A DNA stretch of 64,000 nt from contig JBAXXI010000003.1 in NCBI GenBank assembly GCA_037127955.1, forward strand, positions 7,771-71,770, read 5' to 3'. Of this stretch, positions 43,338 to 53,676 are shown piece by piece. The number at the start of each line of letters is the position of its first letter. Position 1 is the stretch's first letter. The position numbers were made by a program, and so were the translations under genes. The notes beneath the pieces were generated by a model that saw nothing but the letters and a program-made list of their open reading frames with translations, made no database searches and was not told where the DNA came from. Origin of the DNA: Candidatus Berkelbacteria bacterium. GTDB lineage: Bacteria > Patescibacteriota > UBA1384 > UBA12157.

Positions 43338-43396
43338 GCCTCTCCTATTTTTTATTCTTCAGAATACTACGATTCCGCGATCGATTAAACGATCTT

Positions 43397-44626
43397 TTAA
43401 GATTGAGATGACTCAATTTTTTTTGTTTTACTTGTTATTAATAATAACATAGATCCAACTAAGAACCAAAATATTAGACTCAAATCATTTTTAAAATAAG
43501 GAGTGTCAATTAAACCTTGTAAAAGTAAGATAATCGTGGCTGTCATTATCTCAATTGCATGAGAATTTTTAAATTCCTGGCAGCCTTTTTGGAATACAAC
43601 AATCAAAACCCAAATAAAACTTGCAAAACCCAACAAACCGGTTGAAAGCCAAAACATTAAAAAAACATTGTGACTCGATAGAGCCCAGGGAGTAATATAC
43701 TCCGGAAAATTAACTCGATCCTTCGTTAACTTATTAAATTCATTTTGATAATTAGCTAAACCTAGGCCAAGAATTGGATGTTTTCGACCAAGTTCAAGAG
43801 AAGTTTGCCAGATTTGCCAACGAATGTTGTTGGAAGATGTCACTCGACTACCAGCTGCCGGGGATAATGCAAAATTTGGCTTAAAAACCGACCAAGAAAC
43901 AAAAGCTACGACTAAAATTAAAATACCTAAACCAATTTTTAGAAATAATTTTTCTCTGATAACTGACCAAAAATGCATGATTAAATAAAAACCCAGCCCA
44001 CCCAAAAGAGCCAAAAGCACCCCTCTCGAAGCTGAAAGATAGATAGCAATAAACCCCGCAATCACCGCCAACCAACCAATAATTAATTTTATGGTTTTGT
44101 GTCTTGATTCGACTCGCTTAGTCATTAATTCAAGGTTATGAGCCACAATTAAACCAATAATTGGACCCAAAAATAAAGCCGGATAATTTGGACTATAACC
44201 AAAGATTCCGACAATTCGACCATCAACAGTTAATTGACCTGTGATTTTTTGATAAATACTATAAAAAGAAACAATTAAACTCGAACCCATTAAACCGTTT
44301 AAAATTAGCAAAAAATCATCTTCCTTTAAGAAGGTTAAAATCAGAACAAAAACCAAAATCGGATCAAGAAAAAAGGCTTTAAATTGCCCCAAGGCCGCCA
44401 TTTTCTCTGGAGAAATCAAACTCGAAATTAAGGCAGCCAAGAGCATTAAAACTGCTGGTAACCAGTACTGCCAAGCAATTTTTCGAGCTTTCTTAAGGTT
44501 AAATAACCCAAAAATTACGCAAATATAAATTAATACTTCTAATAAGGTCGTCGGAATACCTAAAATATTAAACCTGATTAAATATGTTGGTAGTAATAAG
44601 GCAACAATCGCCATTAAATAATTCAT
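43397..44626 (-). CDS. O-antigen ligase/Wzy_C family protein
   Basis: SPNYPALFL, SASRG, RWQIW...HPILGLG, SHNVFL. Confidence 0.88.
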   Translation of the reverse strand: MNYLMAIVALLLPTYLIRFNILGIPTTLLEVLIYICVIFGLFNLKKARKIAWQYWLPAVLMLLAALISSLISPEKMAALGQFKAFFLDPILVFVLILTFLKEDDFLLILNGLMGSSLIVSFYSIYQKITGQLTVDGRIVGIFGYSPNYPALFLGPIIGLIVAHNLELMTKRVESRHKTIKLIIGWLAVIAGFIAIYLSASRGVLLALLGGLGFYLIMHFWSVIREKLFLKIGLGILILVVAFVSWSVFKPNFALSPAAGSRVTSSNNIRWQIWQTSLELGRKHPILGLGLANYQNEFNKLTKDRVNFPEYITPWALSSHNVFLMFWLSTGLLGFASFIWVLIVVFQKGCQEFKNSHAIEIMTATIILLLQGLIDTPYFKNDLSLIFWFLVGSMLLLITSKTKKIESSQS

Positions 44627-46065
44627 AAACCTTCAACCTTTTTACTGTTTAATATTAAATTTTGCACTCCAACCATCAAACCCATTAAAACCCAAATATG
44701 TATAATGTATAAGGTAGAAAACGACATATACTGGATACAAACTCCAACAAATGACGCTAATAAACCAATCATGGTTAAACGCAAAAATTCATCTTTAGCT
44801 TTTTTAATCGCCACTAATGACCGAATAATCAAAGTCAAAATGATTAACATAAAGGCGGAGAAGCCAATAAAGCCAGTTTCAGCCAAAATCTCCAAATATT
44901 CATTATTGACAATATCCCAACCATGAGTTGGCGTTGACACGGGGTAACCCTTAGTAAATGGACCATAATTACCTAAACCGATCCCTAAAGCCGGATTGTG
45001 CTGATAAGCCTGATAAGCCAAATCAAAAGCATTTAGGCGACCCTGAACAGATTCGCCAACTGTATAATCTTTAAGAAAAACATGATTAATAAATTCGTTT
45101 GTCGCCCTAGTGTCACCTTTGGACAGCGCAAAAGCCACTCCATAACCGACAACAGCAACCGAGACGACCGCGATCAATACGTGTTTCCAGGTAAAAATCT
45201 TTTTAAACATTAAAACCGATAAGACTAGAAATGCGCCCACAAAGCCCAAATAAGCCCCGCGAGAAACAGTTAAAACAAAATTCACCAATAAAAGTACGGT
45301 TAATCCTAAAATAAGCCATTTACTCACGAATTCCTTGGTTTTACCAAAATAATAGGCCAAACCTAAACTGATCGGAATTAAAAGATAATCCGCAAAATAC
45401 AACGGCTCCATGGAAAACGCTTGAATACGCGGAAAACCAAAAACTCTTGAGTCATAACCCTGTTTTAAAAGAGTAATTGAATTGGGTAAACCCACCACAT
45501 CGCCAGCAAATTGAAATAAACCAAACAGACCGACAAACAAACTTGAAGCAAATAAAACACCAATCACTTTAACTAAATCTTCCTTCGTCTGAACCATATT
45601 GGTAGCCAAAACCGAAAGCGCGATGGTAAACAAAACAAAGGCCGTCACCACATAACCACGCTCTAAATTGATAGCCTGAGTCAAACTTAATAAAATAGCC
45701 ATGCAAAATAACCCGAGTGGTACAGTTAAAGCACTGGCAGTCAATTTCCATTTTTTCCCGTTGAACATTAAAGCCAAAACCCAAGCCAAAAGCACAATAA
45801 ACCCTAAAATGGTATTGATTTTAATATTCACTCCGCCTAAATCATAGGTTGGAACCCGTTCAAACGGCAAGAAAAACACAATCGCCGAAAACCCCCATAA
45901 CGGATCACGGAAAATTTTAAAAATCGCTAAAACCACAAAAAATAGCACTGGGATAATGACTAAACCTAAAACACCAGTTTTAGCAATAACTAAACCAGCG
46001 GCCGCGGCCGCCAATAAGGTTAAAATCCCGATCACCCATTTTTCATTTAACGTTAATTTATTCAT
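44623..46065 (-). CDS. O-antigen ligase/Wzy_C family protein
   Basis: RIQAFSMEP, TVSRG, PALGIGLGN, NNEYLEILAETG. Confidence 0.88.
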   Translation of the reverse strand: MNKLTLNEKWVIGILTLLAAAAAGLVIAKTGVLGLVIIPVLFFVVLAIFKIFRDPLWGFSAIVFFLPFERVPTYDLGGVNIKINTILGFIVLLAWVLALMFNGKKWKLTASALTVPLGLFCMAILLSLTQAINLERGYVVTAFVLFTIALSVLATNMVQTKEDLVKVIGVLFASSLFVGLFGLFQFAGDVVGLPNSITLLKQGYDSRVFGFPRIQAFSMEPLYFADYLLIPISLGLAYYFGKTKEFVSKWLILGLTVLLLVNFVLTVSRGAYLGFVGAFLVLSVLMFKKIFTWKHVLIAVVSVAVVGYGVAFALSKGDTRATNEFINHVFLKDYTVGESVQGRLNAFDLAYQAYQHNPALGIGLGNYGPFTKGYPVSTPTHGWDIVNNEYLEILAETGFIGFSAFMLIILTLIIRSLVAIKKAKDEFLRLTMIGLLASFVGVCIQYMSFSTLYIIHIWVLMGLMVGVQNLILNSKKVEGL

Positions 46066-46074
46066 TTAAATTGA

Positions 46075-47136
46075 TTATACCAGTTTTAATAATATTTCTT
46101 CCACTTTTTCAATAGTTTTTTGTGCATCAAAATTCTTTAAAATATATTCTCGGCCTTTCTGACCCATATTTTGACGCATTTTTTCATCGGTTAAGAGTTG
46201 ACGCATTGCTTGCGCGATCGCTTTTGAATCTTTTTCCGGCACCAAAATTCCCACTTCAGGGTTAACGTATTCAGGAATCCCGCCAGACAAGGTAGTGATA
46301 ACCGGCACGCCACAACTTAGAGCCTGAAGATTAGTCATACCAATTTGTTCTTCCCAACGCTTCATGGTGATTGAAGCAGTAATAGTAAAGAGAGAACTAT
46401 TGATTAAGGTTGGTAAATCACTGTTTTTACTAAAACCTCGGCTCATTCTTGAACCATTAATCATGTAATCTAAATCGCCTTTACCAGAAAAATAAATTGA
46501 AACTTCAGGAAAATCTTTTTCGATCGATTTCCAAGCCTCAACCACATAAGGTAAACCTTTGGCTTCATCTAATCTACCCATAAAAAGAATTTTTTGTTCA
46601 TTTTTGATTTCTGACATTGGTCGAAAAATATCGGTTTCAATCCCCCAGATCCCATAAAGTATTTTGACCAATTTTTTTGGCTTAGTCCCCACTTCTAATA
46701 AATTTCGCTTTGCTCCTTCATTGAGATAAAAAATCAAACTGGCTGACTCGGCATATTTTTTTAAAATTTGTTTTAAAAATAAACCCGCTACTACCCCAAA
46801 ACGGTCGTTAACTGGTCTATTTTCCAACATGGGAAAAATTAAAGGTATATTCAGTTTTTTCGACACTTTTTTAGCCACCAAACACAATTTTAAGGCTTTT
46901 CTGGATGCATATGGTTCAGCACCCTGAATAATATCTGGCTTGAGGGTCAACAATTTTTGCTCTAAATCAGCCATATTTTCATATTTAACGGCGCCGACCA
47001 ATTCTTCTTCTTTTAGATCGCCATAAGGTGCATTTTCATAAAAATGAACTGGTTTAATTTGACTAAAATATTTCAGGGCGTCCTGATTATCAAACCTGAT
47101 ACTTTCAGTTAATATGGCTAAAACTGGTTTATTCAC
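46075..47136 (-). CDS. Glycosyltransferase family 4
   Basis: FMGRLDEAKG, EEQIGMTNLQALSCGVPVI...GGIPE. Confidence 0.88.
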   Translation of the reverse strand: MNKPVLAILTESIRFDNQDALKYFSQIKPVHFYENAPYGDLKEEELVGAVKYENMADLEQKLLTLKPDIIQGAEPYASRKALKLCLVAKKVSKKLNIPLIFPMLENRPVNDRFGVVAGLFLKQILKKYAESASLIFYLNEGAKRNLLEVGTKPKKLVKILYGIWGIETDIFRPMSEIKNEQKILFMGRLDEAKGLPYVVEAWKSIEKDFPEVSIYFSGKGDLDYMINGSRMSRGFSKNSDLPTLINSSLFTITASITMKRWEEQIGMTNLQALSCGVPVITTLSGGIPEYVNPEVGILVPEKDSKAIAQAMRQLLTDEKMRQNMGQKGREYILKNFDAQKTIEKVEEILLKLV

Positions 47137-48241
47137 CTTTGACCTCTTTTAAAATATCTAATATCTTTTGAGCTGATACTTCCCAGGAGTACTTTTTGGC
47201 ATGCTCCAAAGCTTTTTGACCAAGGCTTTGCGCCAATTCTTTGTCCTCCAAGAGGCGCTGCAAGCCCCTAGCAATCGAGTTTATATCAAGTGGGTCAATT
47301 TGCACACCCCCATCTCCGACTGCTTCAGGTAGACTGGAAATATTACTGGTTAAAACTGGTACGCCATACTGCTGAGCCTCAATCACAGGTAGACCAAACC
47401 CTTCGTAAAGCGATGGATAGGCAAAAATTGCGGCCTGTCGGTAAAGTTCACCTAAATCCGCGTCAGAAACATAACCCAACCAGTTAACACCTTTAGTTTC
47501 CTTGATTTCCTCGAGTTCGAAAGCCGTATTCCAACCCTTAGCACCGACAATAACTAAAGGATATTTTTCTCTTAAATCCTCGCTCAATAACCGGTAAGCC
47601 TGAACCAAGCCTTTGAGGTTTTTTCTTGGTTCAAGTGTGCCCACAAACAAAATATAAGATTTTGATTTTAGATTTGAGGGCAATTTCCCTTTTTCGGGAA
47701 ATTGAGTTAGGCCTGGACCAACAATTTCGATTCTTTCAGGATTAATTTTAAGAAACTTTATGATATCATTTTTTGTTGATTCAGAAATCGCGATAATTTT
47801 TTTTGCCTTAGTACAAACTTTTTTTACTCTTTTATTGTGTCGAGCCGAAACCTCCTGACCACGTTGTTCAGGAAAAAGAAAAGTCGCCATATCATGAATT
47901 ATCACCACTTGAGGAGTTTTATAAGCTAAATGAACCTCAAAAAAACTTGGTGCCAACAAAATATCAGATTTATTATAAATATTCTCATAAAGAGCGTATG
48001 GCCAACCCCAAGCTAATTCCTTAAAATCACCCGGTAATTTCAACCTTTTAATCTTAACATTTGGCGCGATAAAATCTTTTAAATGTTCATTTTTTTCTTT
48101 ACTTTCACGAAAATGAGTTGAAAGCAAAACAAAATCATCGGTTTTACCGACTCTAATCAAATTTTGAGTAATTTCCCTGGTAAACCGACCAATACCGGCA
48201 TTTTCAATAATAGCTCTGGTGATATCGATACCAATTTTCAT
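47129..48241 (-). CDS. Glycosyltransferase family 4
   Basis: VGTLEPRKN, YPSLYEGFGLPVIEA. Confidence 0.92.
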   Translation of the reverse strand: MKIGIDITRAIIENAGIGRFTREITQNLIRVGKTDDFVLLSTHFRESKEKNEHLKDFIAPNVKIKRLKLPGDFKELAWGWPYALYENIYNKSDILLAPSFFEVHLAYKTPQVVIIHDMATFLFPEQRGQEVSARHNKRVKKVCTKAKKIIAISESTKNDIIKFLKINPERIEIVGPGLTQFPEKGKLPSNLKSKSYILFVGTLEPRKNLKGLVQAYRLLSEDLREKYPLVIVGAKGWNTAFELEEIKETKGVNWLGYVSDADLGELYRQAAIFAYPSLYEGFGLPVIEAQQYGVPVLTSNISSLPEAVGDGGVQIDPLDINSIARGLQRLLEDKELAQSLGQKALEHAKKYSWEVSAQKILDILKEVKGE

Positions 48242-49317
48242 CTTTTTTTACCCACTTCTTCGTAAACCTTTACAGTTTCGCGAGCAGTTTTGGCCCAAGA
48301 AAACTTTTTGGCTTGCTCAAGCCCGGATAAACTCAGTTTTTCATGTAAATCTTTATCTGTTAAGACTTTAATAATATTTTCGGCCCAAACCTTTTCTTTG
48401 TCGATTGGCAAAAGAATACCAGCATCGCCAACCACTTCCGGAATTGACGAATTATCTGCCGCAATCACCGGAGTGCCACAACTTAAAGCTTCGAGTGGCG
48501 GAAAACCAAAACCCTCGTACAAACTTGGAAAACAAAAAAGATCAGCCGCGTTGTAAAGCCCCGGTAAATCTTCATCTGGCACATATCCTGGCAAAATGAC
48601 TTTATCCTCTAATTTGAGCTCTTTGATTAAATCAAACAAACTCTCGTAGTACCAACCTTTTTTCCCTGTTAAAACTAAATTATGCTCGATTTTGCCGGTT
48701 TTTAAAGCCTCGTGATAAGCCTTGACCAAAAACGGTAAATTTTTACGTGGCTCCAAGGTGCCCACGTCTAAAATAAATTTATCGCTGGTTTTATATTTAG
48801 CTTTTATTTCAGCAAGTTTTTGTGCATCATTAATCGGTTTAAATTCATCACCAACCGCCGAGTGAATGACTACGATTTTCTCTTCCGGAATCTTCAAAAG
48901 CGACATAATATCTCTTTTAGTATTTTCGCTAATGGCAATGATTTTGGCCGCTCGATTGTAGGTTAAAGGCATCCATTTAGAAAAATACAATCTTGAGCCA
49001 GACGGCATATTTTGCGGAAAATAGTGCGAAATTAAGTCGTGAATAGTTAAAATGATTTTTCCAGAATAAAAAAGCGGTGCTGAAAAACACGGTTGATGCA
49101 AAATATCAACATTAAGTTTTGAGGCTTTTGACGGGAAAGAACACTGATCCCAAACAAACCTTTGAGGTGTAGTAAAGTCTTTTTGGTCTTCTGGTGAGAT
49201 CAAAAAATATTCGTTAATCGAATCGACTTTTTTTAAATTTTCAACTAAATTCTTTACGTAGAAACCAAACCCAGACTTTTGTCCTAACGTTGTTTGCACG
49301 TCTATACCGATTTTCAT
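48238..49317 (-). CDS. Glycosyltransferase family 4
   Basis: VGTLEPRKN, FPSLYEGFGFPPLEA. Confidence 0.92.
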   Translation of the reverse strand: MKIGIDVQTTLGQKSGFGFYVKNLVENLKKVDSINEYFLISPEDQKDFTTPQRFVWDQCSFPSKASKLNVDILHQPCFSAPLFYSGKIILTIHDLISHYFPQNMPSGSRLYFSKWMPLTYNRAAKIIAISENTKRDIMSLLKIPEEKIVVIHSAVGDEFKPINDAQKLAEIKAKYKTSDKFILDVGTLEPRKNLPFLVKAYHEALKTGKIEHNLVLTGKKGWYYESLFDLIKELKLEDKVILPGYVPDEDLPGLYNAADLFCFPSLYEGFGFPPLEALSCGTPVIAADNSSIPEVVGDAGILLPIDKEKVWAENIIKVLTDKDLHEKLSLSGLEQAKKFSWAKTARETVKVYEEVGKKR

Positions 49318-49319
49318 AT

Positions 49320-50780
49320 CTATTCTCCTCGTTTAAACAAAACTAAAAACATATCTTTATTAATCGCGCGGCTAAACCATAAAATCAGTACATATATCAT
49401 ACAAGCTAAGGCGCACATCAAAACCCAATTGACCCCAGAACCAATAAAAATCAAGAATAAACCCATAACTAAACCAGCCAGCAAAGCTTTCCATAAAATC
49501 TGAAAATTCAACCTAGTCGACATATTGGCGTAAGCAATGCGCCAAGTAAAAATTAGAACAATCGCTTCAGTTAAAACCGTGACCAAAGCCGCGCCGATAT
49601 AGGAAAAATGCGGGATCAATAACCAGTTTAAACCTAAATTAAAAATGACAAAAATCAGGTTTGGCCAAATCAATTTAGCCTGTTTACCCAAAGCAATCAC
49701 TAAATAGTTGAAAATGATCGATAAAAAAGAAAAACAAACCGCAATAATTAAAATTTGTAAAGCCAAGACCGAGGTTGAAGCCAGACCGAAAACCGGTGGC
49801 ACAGTTTGAGCCACCACAAAGTCCTGACCAGCCACGATCCGAATAATCGGTTCAGCCGCATAAATAATTAAAATTGCGACCGGCAGTGCCAACATTAAAA
49901 GAAAATCAAAAGATTTCTGTAAAGTTGTCCTGAGTCGATCATCACCCGTATGAATATATCGGCTCATAATCGGAAAAATATTACCCATAAACATGCTTGG
50001 TAAAAGCAAAATCATTTCCAAAACCTTATAAGGTGGACCATAAATACCCACATCAGTCGAGGTTTTAAGGAGTGATAGCATCAAAGTATCGATACGAAAA
50101 TAGATCAAATTTAAAACCAAAACCACGGCCATTGGCCAGGCCTGAACAATCACCTGCTTCCAGTAAGCCCAATCAAAAGCTGGCCTAAATTTAACATAAG
50201 CCCGTCCCAACCAGGCACTTAATAACAAATTGACGATATTGCCAATCGCATAAGCCCAAAGAATCATAGTTAAACCATAGCCTTGTTTAATTAGGAAAAG
50301 TGTAAAAATCAAGATAATGATTCGACCCACTACATCAGTAATTGTGGCTTTATCCATTCGTAGTTTATTCTGAAAAACCCCGACATAGGTCGAATTGAGC
50401 GCCAAAAATAGCATGCTAAAAGCCGCGATACCAATACCGCTTTGGATCGAGGAATACTGTGGAATGAAAAAACTAATCAGGTAGCCTAGACCAAAAATCA
50501 CCACCCCGACCACGGTTCTTAAGGTTAGAATATTGGAAACAGCCTTATTAACATCAACATCTGGTTTAGCAATTTCACGTACCAAAATCCAAAAAAAGCC
50601 AAAATCCGCCAAAACCCCAAAAAAAGCTAAATAGGCAAAAATAGTAGTATATTCACCATAGCCGGCTACCCCCAAATAACGGGTTAAAGCCGCAACTAAA
50701 AACAGGGATATGACCGTGGTCGTTCCCTTGCCAATAATCTGAACAACTGTATTAAATGCTACTTTACGTGTTAATGACAT
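49320..50780 (-). CDS. Wzx-type polysaccharide flippase
   Basis: LTRYLG..YG.Y, DFGF, YFRIDTLML, VGIY, LIP..SYIGAA; many TM helices; start MSLTRK. Confidence 0.92.
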   Translation of the reverse strand: MSLTRKVAFNTVVQIIGKGTTTVISLFLVAALTRYLGVAGYGEYTTIFAYLAFFGVLADFGFFWILVREIAKPDVDVNKAVSNILTLRTVVGVVIFGLGYLISFFIPQYSSIQSGIGIAAFSMLFLALNSTYVGVFQNKLRMDKATITDVVGRIIILIFTLFLIKQGYGLTMILWAYAIGNIVNLLLSAWLGRAYVKFRPAFDWAYWKQVIVQAWPMAVVLVLNLIYFRIDTLMLSLLKTSTDVGIYGPPYKVLEMILLLPSMFMGNIFPIMSRYIHTGDDRLRTTLQKSFDFLLMLALPVAILIIYAAEPIIRIVAGQDFVVAQTVPPVFGLASTSVLALQILIIAVCFSFLSIIFNYLVIALGKQAKLIWPNLIFVIFNLGLNWLLIPHFSYIGAALVTVLTEAIVLIFTWRIAYANMSTRLNFQILWKALLAGLVMGLFLIFIGSGVNWVLMCALACMIYVLILWFSRAINKDMFLVLFKRGE

Positions 50781-51000
50781 TAGTTTAATTATATCAGTTT
50801 CAGTTAAATAAAAAAGACCAATATTATTATATAACAGCAATCTATTGGCTTATGACTTGAATTTATCATAAAAATCAGATATGATATTGATATCTTTGTA
50901 ATATCTGCAAGAATATCGCCCGCAAGCCTTTTGGCTTCGCCAAAGCTACGGTCGAATTGTAATATTTTATTCTTGCGACCAAAGGTCACACGAATAAAAT

Positions 51001-51076
51001 GCGCCCGTAGCTCAGTGGATAGAGCGTCTGCTTGCGGAGCAGAAGGCCACAGGTTCAAGTCCTGTCGGGCGCACCA
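51001..51076 (+). tRNA. tRNA-Arg (anticodon GCG)
   Basis: Cloverleaf with GCGCCCG acceptor strand, anticodon arm TCTGC-TTGCGGA-GCAGA, GGTTCAAGTCC T arm, encoded CCA. Confidence 0.93.
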
Positions 51077-52761
51077 TCAGTGATTAAGAGTAGTTTTTCA
51101 TAGTTTGGAGTGAGCGTAAAGTCGGTAACAGACCAGTCAAAAACAGGTTTGCCATCAGCTCTATCGCTCTTTTTTTGTGCTTGCAAAGTGAGGTTCAAAA
51201 AGTACTTTCTGATGATTTGGTCTTTGAGCTTGATATTGCGAGTGTTTATCAGTATTTCAACCATATCTTTGAAGAGTTCAAAGTATTTTTCATATGTCGG
51301 TATGGCGTTTTTTAAGTTCTCGATTTGAGCTTGAGTTTCCTTTATCTGGCTTTCAAAATACTCAATCTCTTTTTGGATTTGGTCTAAGTCGCCGCTATTA
51401 AAATGCTTCATCATTGTCGGGTCATTTCTTCTGACAATTTCTTTCGTTCTCTCATAAGTTTTAGTTCGTTCTGTTTTTTGTTGTCTTAGTGAGCGCAAAC
51501 GGCTATCTAATGAAGTTTCAACTTGCTTTGTAGTTTCTTCCTTTTCTTTAACCATCTGTTTATACATATCCATTGAAGTAAAATCGCATTTCTTAAAGTA
51601 ATCATAGATAAACTCAAGAGCGACTTTGGACCGAAATGATTTGCCGTGAACCGAGCAAGAGGGGTTATTACACCTAAACATATAGTAGTTTGTCTTTTTG
51701 GTTTTTGCTTTATTGTATTTTGTAGTAATACCAGAAATCATATCCGAACCACATTCGGCACATTTGATAATTCCCCTTAAAAGCATTTCTTTGTTTCTGG
51801 GTACGCCGATAGGTTTCTTGCTAATAAAAGATATGCCGTTGTAACTGTAATTATTGAGCTTGCAATACTCCTGAACGGTAATCATCGGGATAAAATCATA
51901 AATTTCTGTTAAATCAACAATCTCGGTGCCGTATTGCATTACGCCAGCATAAACAGGGTCTGAAAACATCACCGTTAAGGTATTATCAACAACTTTGTAA
52001 TGCATATTTCTTTCCCTATTAGCTACTGGAGCTCGGGTATATTTATTTTCATTTAGATACTTTTCTATTGCTTTGTAGTTCTGACCTTCCAGTCGCATTT
52101 CAAAAGCTCGCTTAATAAGCAACCAATTATCGCCATCTGGTCGCAATCTTTTGTTAATATCTTTGTAGTACCCTTGTTTGGGCGTATGAATTGATAAACC
52201 CGCTTGGGTACTTCTTCTTTGACCTCTAAGAACTTGTTCTCTCAAATGGTCTGAATACTGCTTTGAAAGCACAAAAGACATTCCAAGTAGCATTTTGCCC
52301 ATCGGCGAGTTTTCAAAAGTAAAAGTGGCAAATCTCAAATCTTTAATAATGTTTTCTTCTAAAAGATAGATTATTTCGCCAGCGTCTTTCATATTTCGTG
52401 CTAATCTGTCGGGGTGCCAGGCGAGAACGGCATTATATTTTCCCCTTTGAATATCTTCGAGCATTTTCTTAAACTTTGGTCTAATACCTGGCGCTTTTGC
52501 GCTTTCTTTTTCTCGAACTATATCGACAAGATTCAAATTATTTTTGGTTACTTGCATTTCAATACAGTCGGCAATTTGGTCTTCAAGCGACCGCTCTTGC
52601 TTCTCATCACCAGAGGTGGATTTTCTGACATATAAAACAAACTTTAGTTTAGTAACATCAATTACTGGTTCTGCGTCAAGCAAAGTTTGTTTTAACGCTT
52701 CCGCCAGTTCGCCAGTAGTCGTGAGAACGCTTTCAAGAGCTTGTTCTTTTTTGTTCATCAT
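51055..52761 (-). CDS. Large serine recombinase (integrase); C-terminus and stop supplied by the antisense tRNA
   Basis: YVRKS catalytic motif, DRLARN, recombinase domain, CAECG...CNNPSC Zn ribbon, coiled coil; start overlaps the upstream TGA (ATGA). Confidence 0.95.
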   Translation of the reverse strand: MMNKKEQALESVLTTTGELAEALKQTLLDAEPVIDVTKLKFVLYVRKSTSGDEKQERSLEDQIADCIEMQVTKNNLNLVDIVREKESAKAPGIRPKFKKMLEDIQRGKYNAVLAWHPDRLARNMKDAGEIIYLLEENIIKDLRFATFTFENSPMGKMLLGMSFVLSKQYSDHLREQVLRGQRRSTQAGLSIHTPKQGYYKDINKRLRPDGDNWLLIKRAFEMRLEGQNYKAIEKYLNENKYTRAPVANRERNMHYKVVDNTLTVMFSDPVYAGVMQYGTEIVDLTEIYDFIPMITVQEYCKLNNYSYNGISFISKKPIGVPRNKEMLLRGIIKCAECGSDMISGITTKYNKAKTKKTNYYMFRCNNPSCSVHGKSFRSKVALEFIYDYFKKCDFTSMDMYKQMVKEKEETTKQVETSLDSRLRSLRQQKTERTKTYERTKEIVRRNDPTMMKHFNSGDLDQIQKEIEYFESQIKETQAQIENLKNAIPTYEKYFELFKDMVEILINTRNIKLKDQIIRKYFLNLTLQAQKKSDRADGKPVFDWSVTDFTLTPNYEKLLLITDGAPDRT

Positions 52762-53645
52762 AAAGTTTTTCCAATCGAAGAACCGTGAACTCTGAAATGA
52801 CATTTACCATTTTCTTCTTTTACTGTTTCGAGCTCTAAACTGCCATATTTCCCTGTAAATTTGTTGTTTGGATTATCACAAAGAGTTTTTATTACTTGTT
52901 CCGATTTTACAGTAAGGTATTGGTAAAAAGTGAAACAGTTTGTAATCTGCTCCAATAATTCAGGGATTGAAAGCACTTGATGAAGTTCAATCAGCATTAC
53001 ACCTTTATTCGAAACAGTATAATGGTTATGCGAGAATGCATTTCTAAGTTCATTATTGTAAAACGAGCTTATAATTTTGCCGACTTCGCTTTTAGCTTCT
53101 TTTGACCTGCTTAAAATCATATTTATTTTTCGCCAGTTGGTCATTTTATCTGAAAATAATGGTTTACAGACATCTGTAATATCTTTCGCTTTAATGTAAT
53201 CGGGATTTCCGTTCTCAATGATATTTTTTATTTTCCTGATTATTACCTGATAGTCAGGTGTTTTCTTTTCAAAAACATTCAAATCAAAACTTTCACCACA
53301 ACAGACATCAAGCAACCCATAAATAAAAATGTAAAATAAATAAAACTCAAGAATATGGCAATATAAAAAAATGAAAACTTTAATTAGCAAACCATCAGCT
53401 TGAAACAAATCGGGATTTCCAAGTAAAGAGAAGAAGTCGCCGAGTGTTTTATCCAGTTCTTTTCTTATGTCGTAATCATCACTTAATTGCATTAACCCAT
53501 TAAAATACAGATTGGCAATTACAAACTCTCTTTCATCTGTTTTTTGAGCAGATTCAAAAAGCTCATCAATCGTTTTTTGATACAGCGCTTTTGTTTCTTC
53601 TTTTGGAAATCTTAATTTTACAATCTTATCTTTTTCTTCGTTCAT
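52758..53645 (-). CDS. Putative HEPN-domain protein
   Basis: ELRNAFSHNHY (RxxxxH) plus upstream LYCHILE in a helical protein; start MNEEK assumed. Confidence 0.65.
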   Translation of the reverse strand: MNEEKDKIVKLRFPKEETKALYQKTIDELFESAQKTDEREFVIANLYFNGLMQLSDDYDIRKELDKTLGDFFSLLGNPDLFQADGLLIKVFIFLYCHILEFYLFYIFIYGLLDVCCGESFDLNVFEKKTPDYQVIIRKIKNIIENGNPDYIKAKDITDVCKPLFSDKMTNWRKINMILSRSKEAKSEVGKIISSFYNNELRNAFSHNHYTVSNKGVMLIELHQVLSIPELLEQITNCFTFYQYLTVKSEQVIKTLCDNPNNKFTGKYGSLELETVKEENGKCHFRVHGSSIGKTL

Positions 53646-53676
53646 AATAACTGGACCAGTTTTAGACCACTTTTGG

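Noticed and set aside
50804-51058. 84-aa minus-strand ORF
   Set aside because: Antisense to tRNA-Arg and its promoter region; no coding evidence.
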